Assembly: GCA_963740385.1 (NCBI GenBank) | Contig: CAVUDX010000008.1 | Coordinates: 172,055 to 236,054, forward strand | Direction of reading: 5' to 3' | DNA: 64,000 nucleotides | DNA from: an uncultured Acidobacteriota bacterium | Lineage (GTDB): Bacteria > Acidobacteriota > Holophagae > Holophagales > Holophagaceae | In this document: in pieces, positions 28,205-39,644 of the stretch | Layout: each line of letters begins with the position of its first letter | Position numbering within the stretch: the stretch's first letter is position 1 | Program-made: the position numbers and the translations under genes | Notes under the pieces: model-generated | What the model saw: only the letters and a program-made list of their open reading frames with translations | Told to the model about the DNA's origin: nothing | Database searches by the model: none

Positions 28205-28894
28205 CTAGGGCGCCCAGTAGACCGTGACGGGCACGGCCGTCTGGCGGAGGATGGCGCGTACGGGCAAGGCCTCCACCGGGCCCTCCCCCAGGGCCTGCTC
28301 CAGGATCAGGCGCTTGGCGGGCCCGCTGATCATGAGCGCAATGTCCCGACTCTGCAGCAGGGCGTGCAGGGAGAGGCTCAGGCGGGCGTGGGGGGCGTAA
28401 GGGGGGCGGACCGCCAGGACGGGCGCCTCGGTGCTGAGCCCGTGGGCCAGCTCGGCGGCACCAGGGAACAGCGAGGCGGTGTGGCCATCCTCGCCCATAC
28501 CGAGGATCACCTGGCTGAAGGGCTTGGTGAGCCGATCCAAGGCTGCAGACACCGTCGACACCGCAGCCTCCGGCGTCGCCCCCCCCGTGTACAGAGGCAC
28601 CATGCGGGCCTCCGCCGCCCGGCCCTTCAACAGGTGGTCGCGGACCAGGGCCTCGTTGCTGTCCGGGTCGTCCGGCGCCACCCAGCGCTCATCGGCAAGG
28701 GTCACGGCCACCCGGGCCCAGTCCAACGGCTGGCTGGCGAGGGCCTGGAAAAGCGGCACCGGGCTGCGTCCCCCGGACACCACCAGCACCGCTTCATCCT
28801 GGGCGAGCAGGTCCTCCTTCAGGCGCTTCGCCACATGCTGGGCGAGGGCCGCCGTCAGGCGGGCCGCATCGGTGCACTCACGGATCACACACAC
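28205..28894 (-). CDS. pgl: 6-phosphogluconolactonase
   Basis: VSGGRSP, DERWV, LGMGEDGHTASLFP. Confidence 0.93.
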   Translation of the reverse strand: MCVIRECTDAARLTAALAQHVAKRLKEDLLAQDEAVLVVSGGRSPVPLFQALASQPLDWARVAVTLADERWVAPDDPDSNEALVRDHLLKGRAAEARMVPLYTGGATPEAAVSTVSAALDRLTKPFSQVILGMGEDGHTASLFPGAAELAHGLSTEAPVLAVRPPYAPHARLSLSLHALLQSRDIALMISGPAKRLILEQALGEGPVEALPVRAILRQTAVPVTVYWAP

Positions 28895-28897
28895 AGG

Positions 28898-30358
28898 TCA
28901 GTCCTCCTCGTTCCACGCGAGGCTGTCCCGGGAGAGCAGGGCGCTGGAGGCGGCAGGGCCCCAGCTGCCGGCCGTGTAGAACTTCGGACGCTCCTCGCTC
29001 GCCTCCCAGCTGTCCAGGATGGGCTCCACCCAGCGCCAGGCGGCCTCCTGCTCGTCGCGGCGCACGAAGAGGGTGAGCTTGCCGCGGATGGCATCCAGCA
29101 GCAGGCGCTCGTAGGCCTCCAGCCGCCGCGCCCGGAAGGACTCGGCAAAGTCGAGGTTGAGGTTCACGGGATGCAGGGCCATGGCGTCGCCCGGCTGCTT
29201 GGCCACCAGGTACAGCCGCATGCTCTCGTCCGGCTGCATGCGGATGATGAGCCGGTTGGCGCGGCTGGCATGGCGGGCCTCGTCGAAGATGGGGTGGGGC
29301 ACCTGCCGGAAGTTGATGACGATCTCCGCCAGCTTCTCGGGCATGCGCTTGCCCGTGCGGAGGAAGAAGGGGACCCCGGCCCACCGCCAGGTGTCGATCT
29401 CCGCCTTCACGGCCACGAAGGTTTCCGTGCGACTGCCGAGGGCCACCCCCGGCTCCTCCGCATAGGCCGGCACGGGCTTACCCGCCACGGCCCCGGCCTT
29501 GTACTGCCCCCGCACAGTCTTGGTGGCCACATCCTGGGGCGTGAAGGGCTTGAGGGAGCGCAGCACCTTCAGCTTCTCGTCGCGCACGGCGTCGGGGTCG
29601 CTGCTGGTGGGCGGCTCCATGGCCACGATGCAGAGCAGCTGCAGCAGGTGGTTCTGCAGCATGTCGCGCAGGGCGCCCGTATGGTCGTAGAAGTCGCCGC
29701 GCCCTTCAGCCCCCAGCTGCTCGGCGACGGTGATCTGCACATCCTGCACCCACTCGCGCCGCCACAGCGGCTCGAAGAGCACGTTGCCGAACCGCAGGGC
29801 CAGCAGGTTCTGCACGGGCTCCTTGCCCAGGTAGTGGTCGATGCGGAAGATCTGCTGCTCGGTGAAGTGCCGGCCCACGGCGTCGTTGATCTCGCAGGAG
29901 GACGCCAGGTCATGGCCCAGGGGCTTCTCCACCACCACCCGGCTGCTGGCGGTGATAAGACCCGCCTGGCCGAGGTGCTCCGAGAGGGCCGCGAAGACCT
30001 CCGGCGCGGTGGAGTAGTAGAAGACCCGCACCCGATCCGGGTGCTGACCCAGCGCCGCCCCCAGGGCCTGGTAGGAGGCCGGGTCCTGCGCATCCAGGGG
30101 GAAGTAGGAGAGGCGCGCCGCAAAGGCGCTCCAGGTGTCGGCGTCGAAGGCGGCCCCCAGGAAGGGCTTGCAGGTGGCTTCCGCCAGGGCCAGGAAGCCC
30201 TCCCGGTCCAGCTGCTTCCGGGCCGCGGCGAGGATGCGCGATCCCGGCGACACCGTTCCCGCCTGCACCTGCTGGTAGAGGGCGGGCAGCAGCTTGCGCA
30301 TGGCCAGGTCGCCCGTGCCGCCGAACAGCACCATGTCGAAATCGGGCAGGGTCATCAT
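28898..30358 (-). CDS. zwf: Glucose-6-phosphate dehydrogenase
   Basis: [29 protein letters not shown]. Confidence 0.96.
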   Translation of the reverse strand: MMTLPDFDMVLFGGTGDLAMRKLLPALYQQVQAGTVSPGSRILAAARKQLDREGFLALAEATCKPFLGAAFDADTWSAFAARLSYFPLDAQDPASYQALGAALGQHPDRVRVFYYSTAPEVFAALSEHLGQAGLITASSRVVVEKPLGHDLASSCEINDAVGRHFTEQQIFRIDHYLGKEPVQNLLALRFGNVLFEPLWRREWVQDVQITVAEQLGAEGRGDFYDHTGALRDMLQNHLLQLLCIVAMEPPTSSDPDAVRDEKLKVLRSLKPFTPQDVATKTVRGQYKAGAVAGKPVPAYAEEPGVALGSRTETFVAVKAEIDTWRWAGVPFFLRTGKRMPEKLAEIVINFRQVPHPIFDEARHASRANRLIIRMQPDESMRLYLVAKQPGDAMALHPVNLNLDFAESFRARRLEAYERLLLDAIRGKLTLFVRRDEQEAAWRWVEPILDSWEASEERPKFYTAGSWGPAASSALLSRDSLAWNEED

Positions 30359-30370
30359 GGAGGCTCCGAG

Positions 30371-30427
30371 TGTAGAAATGCTACACGATTGCCACCAAAA
30401 AGCATCCAGTGTGAGTAATATTATTAC
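30371..30427. promoter_or_regulatory. Two putative HexR operators in the divergent zwf/edd promoter
   Basis: TGTAG-aaatg-CTACA (30371-30385) and GTAAT-att-ATTAC (30415-30427). Confidence 0.7.
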
Positions 30428-30457
30428 GTCCCCTGCGGGACCCCGCGAGGCTTCGCC

Positions 30458-32293
30458 ATGGCATTGAACCCGTTTGTGGCCGAGTGTACGGAGCGCATCC
30501 GGCAGCGCAGCCGCGCCTCCCGGGAGGCCTACCTCGCCCTGCTCCGGGAGGCCGCCGTCTCCATGCCTCAGCGCTGCGGCCTCTCCTGCTCCAACCTCGC
30601 CCACACGTTTGCCGCCGCCGGCCCCGATAAGGCCGCCCTCAAGGAGGGTGCCGGGCCCAACCTGGCCATCGTGACGGCCTACAACGACATGCTGTCGGCC
30701 CACCAGCCCCTGGGGACCTACCCCGACTGGATCAAGGAGACGGTCCGCACCGTCGGCGCCACGGCCCAGGTGGCCGGAGGCGTGCCCGCCATGTGCGACG
30801 GCATCACCCAGGGCCAACCGGGCATGGAACTCTCCCTCTTCTCCCGTGACGTCATCGCCCTGGCCACGGCGGTCTCCCTCTCACACAACGTCTTCGACGC
30901 CGTGCTCTGCCTGGGGGTCTGCGACAAGATCGTGCCCGGGCTGCTCATCGGTGCCCTGCAGTTCGGCCACCTGCCGGCGGTGTTCGTGCCCGGCGGCCCC
31001 ATGGCCTCGGGCCTCCCCAACGAGGCGAAAGCCAAGGTGCGCCAGCGCGCCGCCGCGGGCCTGGCGGACCGGGCGGAGCTCCTGGAGGCCGAGGCCAGCT
31101 CCTACGGCGCCCCGGGCACCTGCACCTTCTACGGCACCGCCAACACCAACCAGATGCTGATGGAGGTGCTGGGGCTGCACCTGCCCGGGGCCTCCTTTGT
31201 GCCCGCCCTCAGCCCCCTGCGCGAAGCCCTCACCCGGCACGCGGCCCTGCGGGCCGCCGCCCTCGTGGCGGGTGGCCCGGACCACACCCCCCTGGGCCTG
31301 GTGGTGGACGAGCGGGCCATCGTCAACGGCATCGTGGGCCTGCTGGCCACCGGCGGCTCCACCAACCACACGCTGCACCTGGTCGCCATCGCCCGGGCTG
31401 CGGGCATCCACATCGACTGGAGCGACTTCGACGCCCTCTCGGCCCACGTGCCCCTGCTCACCCGGGTCTACCCCAATGGCCAGGCGGACGTGAACGCCTT
31501 CCACCGGGCGGGGGGCATGGGCTTCCTCATCCGGGAGCTGCTGGATGCGGGGCTGTTGCACGAGGACGTGCTGACCGTGGCGGGACCGGGGCTCCGCGCC
31601 TACACCCAGGCCCCGGAGCTGGGACCGGAGGGGCTCGCCTGGCGTCCGGCCCCCGCAAGTAGCGGAGACGAGGCCATCCTGCGGCCTGCGGCCCGGCCCT
31701 TCTCCCCCAACGGGGGGCTGCGCCTGCTGACGGGCAACCTGGGCCGGGCGGTGATCAAGGTCTCCGCCGTGAAACCCGAGCACCGCCGCGTGGTGGCCCC
31801 GGCCCAGGTCTTCGACAGCCAGGAGGCGCTGCAGCGGGCCTACCAGACCGGGGCGCTGAACCACGACCTGGTGGCGGTGGTGCGCTTCCAGGGCCCCCGT
31901 GCCAACGGCATGCCTGAGCTGCACAAGCTCACCCCGCCGCTGGCCAACCTGCAGGAGCAGGGCTTCCAGGTGGCGCTCCTCACCGACGGACGCATGTCCG
32001 GGGCCTCGGGCAAGGTGCCCGCCGCCATTCACCTTTCCCCCGAGGCCCTGGCTGGTGGTGCCCTGGCCCGGATCCAGGACGGCGACCTCATCGAGCTGGA
32101 TGCGGAGGCGGGCACCCTCATGGTCCGGGTGGATCCCGCCCAGTGGGCCCTGCGCCCCACGGCACCGCCCCCTGCGGCCGCCCATGCCCGCGGCCTGGGC
32201 CGCGACCTCTTCGGCCTCTTCCGGTCCCACGCCACCGAGGCGGAGGCCGGTGCCACCTCCTTCGGACCCTCCTTCGACCGGAGCCACCCATGA
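30458..32293 (+). CDS. edd: Phosphogluconate dehydratase
   Basis: [36 protein letters not shown]. Confidence 0.96.
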   Translation: MALNPFVAECTERIRQRSRASREAYLALLREAAVSMPQRCGLSCSNLAHTFAAAGPDKAALKEGAGPNLAIVTAYNDMLSAHQPLGTYPDWIKETVRTVGATAQVAGGVPAMCDGITQGQPGMELSLFSRDVIALATAVSLSHNVFDAVLCLGVCDKIVPGLLIGALQFGHLPAVFVPGGPMASGLPNEAKAKVRQRAAAGLADRAELLEAEASSYGAPGTCTFYGTANTNQMLMEVLGLHLPGASFVPALSPLREALTRHAALRAAALVAGGPDHTPLGLVVDERAIVNGIVGLLATGGSTNHTLHLVAIARAAGIHIDWSDFDALSAHVPLLTRVYPNGQADVNAFHRAGGMGFLIRELLDAGLLHEDVLTVAGPGLRAYTQAPELGPEGLAWRPAPASSGDEAILRPAARPFSPNGGLRLLTGNLGRAVIKVSAVKPEHRRVVAPAQVFDSQEALQRAYQTGALNHDLVAVVRFQGPRANGMPELHKLTPPLANLQEQGFQVALLTDGRMSGASGKVPAAIHLSPEALAGGALARIQDGDLIELDAEAGTLMVRVDPAQWALRPTAPPPAAAHARGLGRDLFGLFRSHATEAEAGATSFGPSFDRSHP

Positions 32294-32925
32294 GCCAGAC
32301 CTCCAGCCTTGAGGCGATTCTCCAGGCCTCGCCGGTCCTGCCGGTCCTGGCCATCGACCGGGTGGATCAGGCCCTGCCCCTGGCAGCGGCGCTGCTGGAA
32401 GGCGGCATCTTCACCCTGGAGGTGACCCTGCGCACGCCGGTGGCGCTGGAGGTCATCCGCACCATCGCCCGGGCCTTCCCGGAGGCCCGCGTGGGGGCGG
32501 GCACCGTCACCACGCCCGGGGCCCTGCAGCTGGCTGCCGATGCCGGGGCCTGCTTCGCGGTGAGCCCCGGCCTCACCTGGGCCCTGGCCGAGGCGGCCCG
32601 CGTGGCCGCCATCCCCCTCCTGCCCGGGGTGATGACCCCCACCGACGCCATGGCGGCCATGGACCTCGGCTACCCGCTCCTCAAGCTGTTCCCGGCCGAA
32701 CAGGCGGGCGGCATCCCCATGCTGAAGGCCCTGGCGGGGCCCTTCAGCCAGCTGCAGTTCTGCCCCACCGGGGGCATCACGGCGCAGTCCGCCCCGGCCT
32801 ACCTCGCCCAGCCCAACGTGGTGTGCGTGGGCGGCTCCTGGCTGGCACCCCGCGCGCTGCTCGAGGCCGGGGACTGGGCGGCCATCCGGGCATTGGCGCG
32901 TGAAGCCGCCCGCTTGAAGCGGTAA
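32290..32925 (+). CDS. eda: KDPG aldolase
   Basis: LEVTLRT, GAGTV, FAVSPG, KLFPA, FCPTGGI. Confidence 0.95.
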   Translation: MSQTSSLEAILQASPVLPVLAIDRVDQALPLAAALLEGGIFTLEVTLRTPVALEVIRTIARAFPEARVGAGTVTTPGALQLAADAGACFAVSPGLTWALAEAARVAAIPLLPGVMTPTDAMAAMDLGYPLLKLFPAEQAGGIPMLKALAGPFSQLQFCPTGGITAQSAPAYLAQPNVVCVGGSWLAPRALLEAGDWAAIRALAREAARLKR

Positions 32926-33981
<1,056 letters not shown>

Positions 33982-34099
33982 TCCCCCTTTGCACTGCGGG
34001 CGCGTGGAGATCCCATTTGGGGCTTCCACGCGCTCGCCGCGTGTGGGGGAGGCCGCTCGCCCGGTATCCTGGTGGCCGCCCCATGTTGGAGGTACCGCC

Positions 34100-35575
34100 A
34101 TGCTGAAGCCGTTCCTGCTCCTTTCCGGCCTGGCCCTGGCGTCTGTCGTGCCCACTGTGGCGGCGCCACCCGCAGCGGTGAGGGGCCAGGTGCCCGCCGA
34201 CCTCCCCACCGGGGAACGCTGGCTGCGTCATTTCCAGGAGGACCTGCTGCCCTTCTGGAACCTGCCCGACGCCTGGGGCTCGCCCCGAGGTAGCTTTCCC
34301 ACCTTCCGGGGCAACGACGGGAGGGTGGTGGACTGGGCCAAGCCACCGGAAGAACTCGCAGACGCGCCGGGCTGGCTCTCCTCCGAATTCGGCCGCCAGT
34401 ACGTGCGGATGATCTCGCGCCAGACCTACTTCTATTGCGTGGCCTATCACCTGACGGGCGACCCGAACCTGCTGGCGCTGGCCCGGGACGGGGTGACCTT
34501 CATCCGCCAGCGGGCCCTGGACCCCGCCACCGGCAGCGCCGTGTCCTATTGGGAGAAGGGCCTGCCCCAACCGGCGGTGCTGGCCCGCACGAGCCAGGAC
34601 CTGGCCTATGCGGAGCTGGGCATGGCCATGTACTACTACCTCACCCGGGACCCGGCGGTGCTGAAGGACATCCAGCGGTTGAAGCAGCACATCTTCAGCC
34701 AGTACTGGAACCCCCAGTGGCAGGCCCTGCGCTGGGTGGTGGCCGAGGATGCCGAGGGCAACCAGCGGCGCCAGGAGCTGGTGGCCCAGCTGGACCAGAT
34801 CAACGCCTACCTCCTGCTGCTCACGCCGATCCTCCCGGCCCCTGAGCGGAAGGCCTGGACCGCGGACCTGCACCGCCTCGCCAAGGCCCTGGTGAAGGAC
34901 TACTACCACCCTGAGGGGCAGTACTTCTGGGGCACCATCGATGACCCGGCCCGAAAGCGCTTTGGCGCCCGGCACGTGGATTTCGGCCACTCCGCCAAGG
35001 CCTTCTGGATGCTGGAACGCCTTGGTTGGCTCACCAAGGACCCCACCCTGGTGGACCTGGCCACCGCCGGGGGCAAGCACCTGCTGCAGGTGGCCTACCT
35101 GCCGGGCTCCGGCACCTGGGGGTCCCGCTGGCGCACGGATGGGACGGCCGATGCAGGCAAGGAGTGGTGGATCTACGCCGAGTTGGACCAGTTGGCCGAG
35201 ACCCTGGCCCTGCGCGACCCCGCCCAGGCGGCCCCCCTCCCGCGCACCGCGGACTTCTGGTTCCGGGTGATGGTGGACGCCAAGGGGCACGAGTTGTGGG
35301 GCGGTGCCGGTGGCCCCCGGCTGGAAGCGTGGGAAGGCCCGAAGATCCACCAGTGGAAGAGCGGCTACCACAGCGCCGAGCACGCCCTGGTGGGCTACCT
35401 CACCGCCCAAGCCCTGCATGGCCAGCCGGCCATCCTCTACTTCGCCCCGGCCGACCCCAAGGCCCTGCTCCGGCCCTACGTGTTCGAGGGCAAGGCGGGA
35501 CGCCGCCTCGCCTTCCCCCTGGCTGGTTTCCCGGGCCACCAAAAGGTGGCGGTGGCGTTCACCGAGCTGCGCTGA
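34100..35575 (+). CDS. Exported AGE/cellobiose-2-epimerase-fold protein
   Basis: LLPFW, SRQTY, DFGHSAK, EWWIYAE, WKSGYH; signal peptide. Confidence 0.75.
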   Translation: MLKPFLLLSGLALASVVPTVAAPPAAVRGQVPADLPTGERWLRHFQEDLLPFWNLPDAWGSPRGSFPTFRGNDGRVVDWAKPPEELADAPGWLSSEFGRQYVRMISRQTYFYCVAYHLTGDPNLLALARDGVTFIRQRALDPATGSAVSYWEKGLPQPAVLARTSQDLAYAELGMAMYYYLTRDPAVLKDIQRLKQHIFSQYWNPQWQALRWVVAEDAEGNQRRQELVAQLDQINAYLLLLTPILPAPERKAWTADLHRLAKALVKDYYHPEGQYFWGTIDDPARKRFGARHVDFGHSAKAFWMLERLGWLTKDPTLVDLATAGGKHLLQVAYLPGSGTWGSRWRTDGTADAGKEWWIYAELDQLAETLALRDPAQAAPLPRTADFWFRVMVDAKGHELWGGAGGPRLEAWEGPKIHQWKSGYHSAEHALVGYLTAQALHGQPAILYFAPADPKALLRPYVFEGKAGRRLAFPLAGFPGHQKVAVAFTELR

Positions 35576-35600
35576 ACTGCATCAAAGTCCCCGGCGGCGG

Positions 35601-36500
35601 TCAGGCGAAAACGCGGCTGCGGGCAGACTCCGAGATCGCCACCACCGCCGGGTGCCGGATGCGGCGATCGAGCGTGAGGGCGTAGACCCGCTCCCGGACC
35701 CGCTCGGCCGCGCCTAGGCGCTTGACCTGATACTGCCGCTGGATTTCCGCCGCGAGGGTGGCGGGTGCGGCGAAGAACCCCAGGCCCCGCTGCCCGAAGC
35801 TCTTCATGAGCGCACTGTCGTCGAACTCCCCAACGATCCTGGGGTGCACCCCTTCCAGCTCGAACCACTGGTCGAGTCCCCGCCGCAGCGCCGTCCCCTC
35901 GGGCGGTAGCAGGAACGGCGCACCGTTCAGGCATCGGGGGAAGGCGCCGGGATGGGCCTTCACCAGGGAGGCCGAGCCGAAGATCTGGACCCCGCACTCC
36001 CCAAGCAGGTGACTGAAGGCCTTCACCCCACTGTTGGGTGGCAGGGGGAGGTCGGAGAGCACCAGGTCCAGCTCATGCAGGGAGAGCTGGGCCAGCAGTC
36101 GGTCGGTCCGGTCCTCGCGACAGAGCAGGCGGATGGGTTCCGGCAGGTGGAGGGCTGGCTCCAAGAGCGTGCGCACCATGAGCTTGGCCAGCGCATCTGA
36201 GATGCCCACGGCCAGGATCGGGCGGCTGCCGCCGGTCCGACCGGCCAGAGCGTCCTGCAGTTCCTGGCCCAGGCCGAAGATGCTGTCCGCATACCGGAAG
36301 GCCGTGCGCCCGGCCTCGGTCATCGCCAGGCCGCGCCCCTGCTTTTCGAACAGGCGCACCCCCAGAGCCGCTTCCAGGCTGCGGATCTGGGCACTCAGGG
36401 TGGGCTGGGCCAGTCGCAGGCGCTCCGCTGCCCGGGTGACGCTGCCTTCCCGCGCCGTGGTCCAGAAGTAGAACAGGTGGTGGTAGTTCAGCCACTCCAC
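35601..36500 (-). CDS. nhaR: LysR-family regulator, NhaR-like
   Basis: LNYHHLFYFW, QPTLSAQI, GEFDDSALMKSFG, HPAVVAI. Confidence 0.85.
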   Translation of the reverse strand: MEWLNYHHLFYFWTTAREGSVTRAAERLRLAQPTLSAQIRSLEAALGVRLFEKQGRGLAMTEAGRTAFRYADSIFGLGQELQDALAGRTGGSRPILAVGISDALAKLMVRTLLEPALHLPEPIRLLCREDRTDRLLAQLSLHELDLVLSDLPLPPNSGVKAFSHLLGECGVQIFGSASLVKAHPGAFPRCLNGAPFLLPPEGTALRRGLDQWFELEGVHPRIVGEFDDSALMKSFGQRGLGFFAAPATLAAEIQRQYQVKRLGAAERVRERVYALTLDRRIRHPAVVAISESARSRVFA

Positions 36501-36520
36501 AGCAGCCTCCTTTGGTTTGA

Positions 36521-36560
36521 TTTTATCTATGTTTTAGAGGTTTTTATCTATTGGATCTAT
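36521..36560. promoter_or_regulatory. AT-rich putative LysR binding region of the divergent promoter
   Basis: ttttatctat at 36521 and 36542 (21-bp period) plus atctat at 36555. Confidence 0.55.
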
Positions 36561-36597
36561 TTATCGTCGGATCCGAAACTTTGGCTTCGGAGGTCCC

Positions 36598-36903
36598 ATG
36601 AACATCCAGATCCGAGGCATCGGAATCCCCCCCACGGAGGCCCTGGCGGCCCACATCGAGCGTCGCATCGCCTTCGCCCTCTCCCGCTTCTCGGCCCAGA
36701 TCGAGCGCGTCGTCGTCCGGTTCAGCGATCTGAATGGTCCCCGGGGCGGTTCTGACAAGGTCTGCCGGGTGGGCTTCACCTTGAGGGGCCGACGCGCGGA
36801 AGCCGTGGAGGCCCGGGACGCGGATCTCTACTTCGCAGTGGACCAGGCGGCGGTGAAGGCCGGCCGGCGCGTGGCCCGGATGCTCGAACAGGCCAGGGCC
36901 TAG
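36598..36903 (+). CDS. HPF/RaiA-family ribosome-associated protein
   Basis: MNIQIRG...ERRIAFALSRF...DLNGPRGG.DKVC...DLYFAVD. Confidence 0.85.
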   Translation: MNIQIRGIGIPPTEALAAHIERRIAFALSRFSAQIERVVVRFSDLNGPRGGSDKVCRVGFTLRGRRAEAVEARDADLYFAVDQAAVKAGRRVARMLEQARA

Positions 36904-36912
36904 GAGGACCTC

Positions 36913-37779
36913 ATGAACCGCTTCAAGACCTTTCTTCTGCTCGGGCTCGTCACCAGCCTCCTGATCGCTCTGGGCGCCACCCTAGGCAAGGGCTGGCTCA
37001 TCGGCTGCACCGTGGCGGCCTTCGCCCTGAACCTGGGTGCCTATTTCTACAGCGACCGGCTCGTCCTGCGCATGCAGGGGGCGGAAGAGCTCCCCGAACG
37101 GGAAGCCCCCACCCTCCACGCCGACGTGGCCGAGCTGGCAGCCCGGGCGGGCATCCCCAAGCCGAAGCTCTACCTCGTGCGGGATGACGCCCCCAACGCC
37201 TTCGCCACGGGCCGCAACCCCGAACACGGCGTGGTGGCCTTCACCGAGGGCCTGCTTCGCACCATGCCCCGCCGGGAGCTGCGCGGCGTTATCGCCCACG
37301 AGCTCTCGCACATCCAGAACCGGGACATCCTGGTGGCCACAGTGGCCGCGGGCCTCGCGGGCGCGGTGAGCCTCCTGGCCAATGTCCTCCAGTGGGGTGC
37401 CCTCCTGGGCGGCGGTTCCCAGAGCGACGAGGAGGGCGGCGGCAGCCCCTTCGGCGGCCTCCTCTTCGCCCTCCTGGCGCCGCTCGGGGCCTCCCTCATC
37501 CAGTTCGCCATCTCGCGCTCCCGGGAGTTCATGGCCGACGCCAGTGCGGCGCAGGTGACGGGTGATCCCGAAGGTCTGGCCCTCGCCCTCGAGCGGCTGG
37601 GTCGCCTTCAGGAGGTGATCGAGCCCGGCCCCACTGCCCAGCCCGCCACGGCCAGCCTCATGATTGCCAGCCCCTTCGCGGGCGGCGGGCTCCTCCGGTG
37701 GTTCAGCACCCACCCCCCCCTCGACGATCGCATTGCCCGGCTGCGGGATCGCTCGCGCCGCCCCGGCCTCGCGGCCTAA
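36913..37779 (+). CDS. htpX: M48 zinc metalloprotease HtpX
   Basis: PNAFATG, AHELSH, SRSREFMAD, FSTHPP. Confidence 0.92.
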   Translation: MNRFKTFLLLGLVTSLLIALGATLGKGWLIGCTVAAFALNLGAYFYSDRLVLRMQGAEELPEREAPTLHADVAELAARAGIPKPKLYLVRDDAPNAFATGRNPEHGVVAFTEGLLRTMPRRELRGVIAHELSHIQNRDILVATVAAGLAGAVSLLANVLQWGALLGGGSQSDEEGGGSPFGGLLFALLAPLGASLIQFAISRSREFMADASAAQVTGDPEGLALALERLGRLQEVIEPGPTAQPATASLMIASPFAGGGLLRWFSTHPPLDDRIARLRDRSRRPGLAA

Positions 37780-37789
37780 GGAGCCCTGA

Positions 37790-38746
37790 ATGGAAAGCAT
37801 CGGTTCCCCATGGATGTGGGCCGGCTTCATCGCCTTCGTGCTGGGCATGCTGGCCCTGGACCTGGGCGTCTTCCACCGCCAGGCCCACAAGGTGGGCGTG
37901 AAGGAGGCAGCCATCTGGAGCCTCGTGTGGGTGGGCTGCGCCCTGGCCTTCAACGCCCTCCTCTGGCACAGCTTCGGCTCCCAGCGGGGCATGGAGTTCC
38001 TCACGGGCTACCTCATCGAGAAGGCCCTCAGCGTGGACAACATCTTCGTGTTCGTCCTCATCTTCGGGGCCTTCTCGGTGCCCGAGGCCTACCAGCACCG
38101 GGTGCTGTTCTGGGGCATCCTGGGTGCCCTGGTGATGCGGGCCATCTTCGTGGGCCTCGGGGCTGCGCTGATCGCCAGCTTCCACTGGGTGCTCTACCTG
38201 TTCGGCGCCTTCCTGGTCATCACGGGCCTGAAGATGCTGCTGCTGCGAGACCAGGGCTTCGATCCGCGGCAGAACCCCCTGTTCCGGCTCTTCAAGCGGC
38301 TGGTTCCCGCCGTGGACACCTACCACGGCCCGGCGTTCACGGTGGTCCAGGACGGTCGGCGCTACGCCACCCCCCTGCTGCTGGTGCTGGTGGCCGTGGA
38401 ACTCACGGACCTGGTCTTCGCCGTGGACTCGGTGCCGGCCATCTTCGCCGTCACGAAGGACCCCTTCATCGTCTTCACCTCCAACATCTTCGCCATCCTG
38501 GGCCTGCGGAGCCTCTACTTCCTGCTGGCGGGCGTGGTGGGACGCTTCCACCTGCTGAAGGTCGGGCTGAGCCTGGTCCTGGTCTTCGTGGGCATGAAGA
38601 TGCTCCTGGTGGAGCTCTACAAGGTCCCTGTGGCCTGGAGCCTGGCGGTCATCGGCCTGCTGGTGGGTGGTTCGGTGGTGGCCTCCCTGCTGCTGCCCCG
38701 CAGGGGGGCGCCCGGTGCGGGTCTCCCCGAGGCGGGGGTCTCGTGA
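37790..38746 (+). CDS. TerC/Alx-family membrane protein (second paralog)
   Basis: EKALSVDNIFVF, DLVFAVDSVPA. Confidence 0.93.
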   Translation: MESIGSPWMWAGFIAFVLGMLALDLGVFHRQAHKVGVKEAAIWSLVWVGCALAFNALLWHSFGSQRGMEFLTGYLIEKALSVDNIFVFVLIFGAFSVPEAYQHRVLFWGILGALVMRAIFVGLGAALIASFHWVLYLFGAFLVITGLKMLLLRDQGFDPRQNPLFRLFKRLVPAVDTYHGPAFTVVQDGRRYATPLLLVLVAVELTDLVFAVDSVPAIFAVTKDPFIVFTSNIFAILGLRSLYFLLAGVVGRFHLLKVGLSLVLVFVGMKMLLVELYKVPVAWSLAVIGLLVGGSVVASLLLPRRGAPGAGLPEAGVS

Positions 38747-39273
38747 GCGCCTGCACCCTCCCCGCCGGGACGACCCCCTCCTACGGCCCGCTCCTGGTGC
38801 TGCTGGCCTCCCTGTCCGCCGCCCCCGGCATCGGCTCCCTGACCGGTCCGGTGGTGGGCCTGGCCACCCTGCTTCTGGGCCTGCAGCTCATGGCGGGGAG
38901 GCCCCTTCCCTGGCTGCCGGCCTGGGCCCGAAGGCGGATGGGGGCTTCCAGCCTGGGGGTCCGCTTCTCGGCCTGGCTGCAGGACCGCTGCCGTCCCCTG
39001 CTGCACCTCAAGGCGCCGCGGTTTCCGGTCCTGCTCGCGGGCCTCACCGTGGCCTGGAGCAGCCTGATCCTGATCCTCCCCCTGGCCTTCGTCCCCTTCA
39101 GCAACACCATCCCCTCCGTCGCGGTGGGGCTCGTGGGCGTTGGCCTGCTGGCCCAGCGCAGCCTCCTGGGCTGGCTCGGGTTTGCCCTTGCCGGAGGCTA
39201 CACGGTGGTCCTCGCCCTCCTGGGCGAGGCTCTGATCCTGGCCGCCCAGGCCCTCTTCCGCCACCTTACCTGA
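38743..39273 (+). CDS. ExoD-like membrane protein
   Basis: LQLMAGRPLPWLP, PFSNTIP; GTGA overlap with TerC. Confidence 0.7.
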   Translation: MSACTLPAGTTPSYGPLLVLLASLSAAPGIGSLTGPVVGLATLLLGLQLMAGRPLPWLPAWARRRMGASSLGVRFSAWLQDRCRPLLHLKAPRFPVLLAGLTVAWSSLILILPLAFVPFSNTIPSVAVGLVGVGLLAQRSLLGWLGFALAGGYTVVLALLGEALILAAQALFRHLT

Positions 39274-39309
39274 CCCGGGATCCACGATCCCCCCTTTCCA
39301 GGAGTTCCC

Positions 39310-39618
39310 ATGCCCGTCAAGCCCAGCACCCCTGAAGAAACCTTCTTCGCCCAGCAGGAACTAGAGCGGAGGCGAACCCTGGCCATCGCCAAGGAGGAAC
39401 AACTGCGCGCCGAGGAGCGCCGCCAGCTCCAGAAGCAGCACTGGATGCGCTGCCCCAAGTGCGGGATGGAGCTCCTCGAGATCGACTTCCGGGGTCACAA
39501 GGTGGACCAGTGCAGCGCCTGTCGCGGGCTGTGGCTGGATGCCGGGGAGTTCGAAGCCATCACGCGCAGCGAGGAGGCGGGCTTCCTGGGGGACCTCAAA
39601 CGCATGTTCTGGACCTGA
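39310..39618 (+). CDS. zf-TFIIB zinc-ribbon protein
   Basis: CPKC...VDQCSACRGLWLDAGE. Confidence 0.85.
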   Translation: MPVKPSTPEETFFAQQELERRRTLAIAKEEQLRAEERRQLQKQHWMRCPKCGMELLEIDFRGHKVDQCSACRGLWLDAGEFEAITRSEEAGFLGDLKRMFWT

Positions 39619-39644
39619 GCCCACCAGGCGGGATCCGGTCCGGC

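Noticed and set aside
33982-34050. Structured ncRNA after gap
   Set aside because: A single imperfect hairpin directly after the stop codon; best explained as a terminator or stabiliser.
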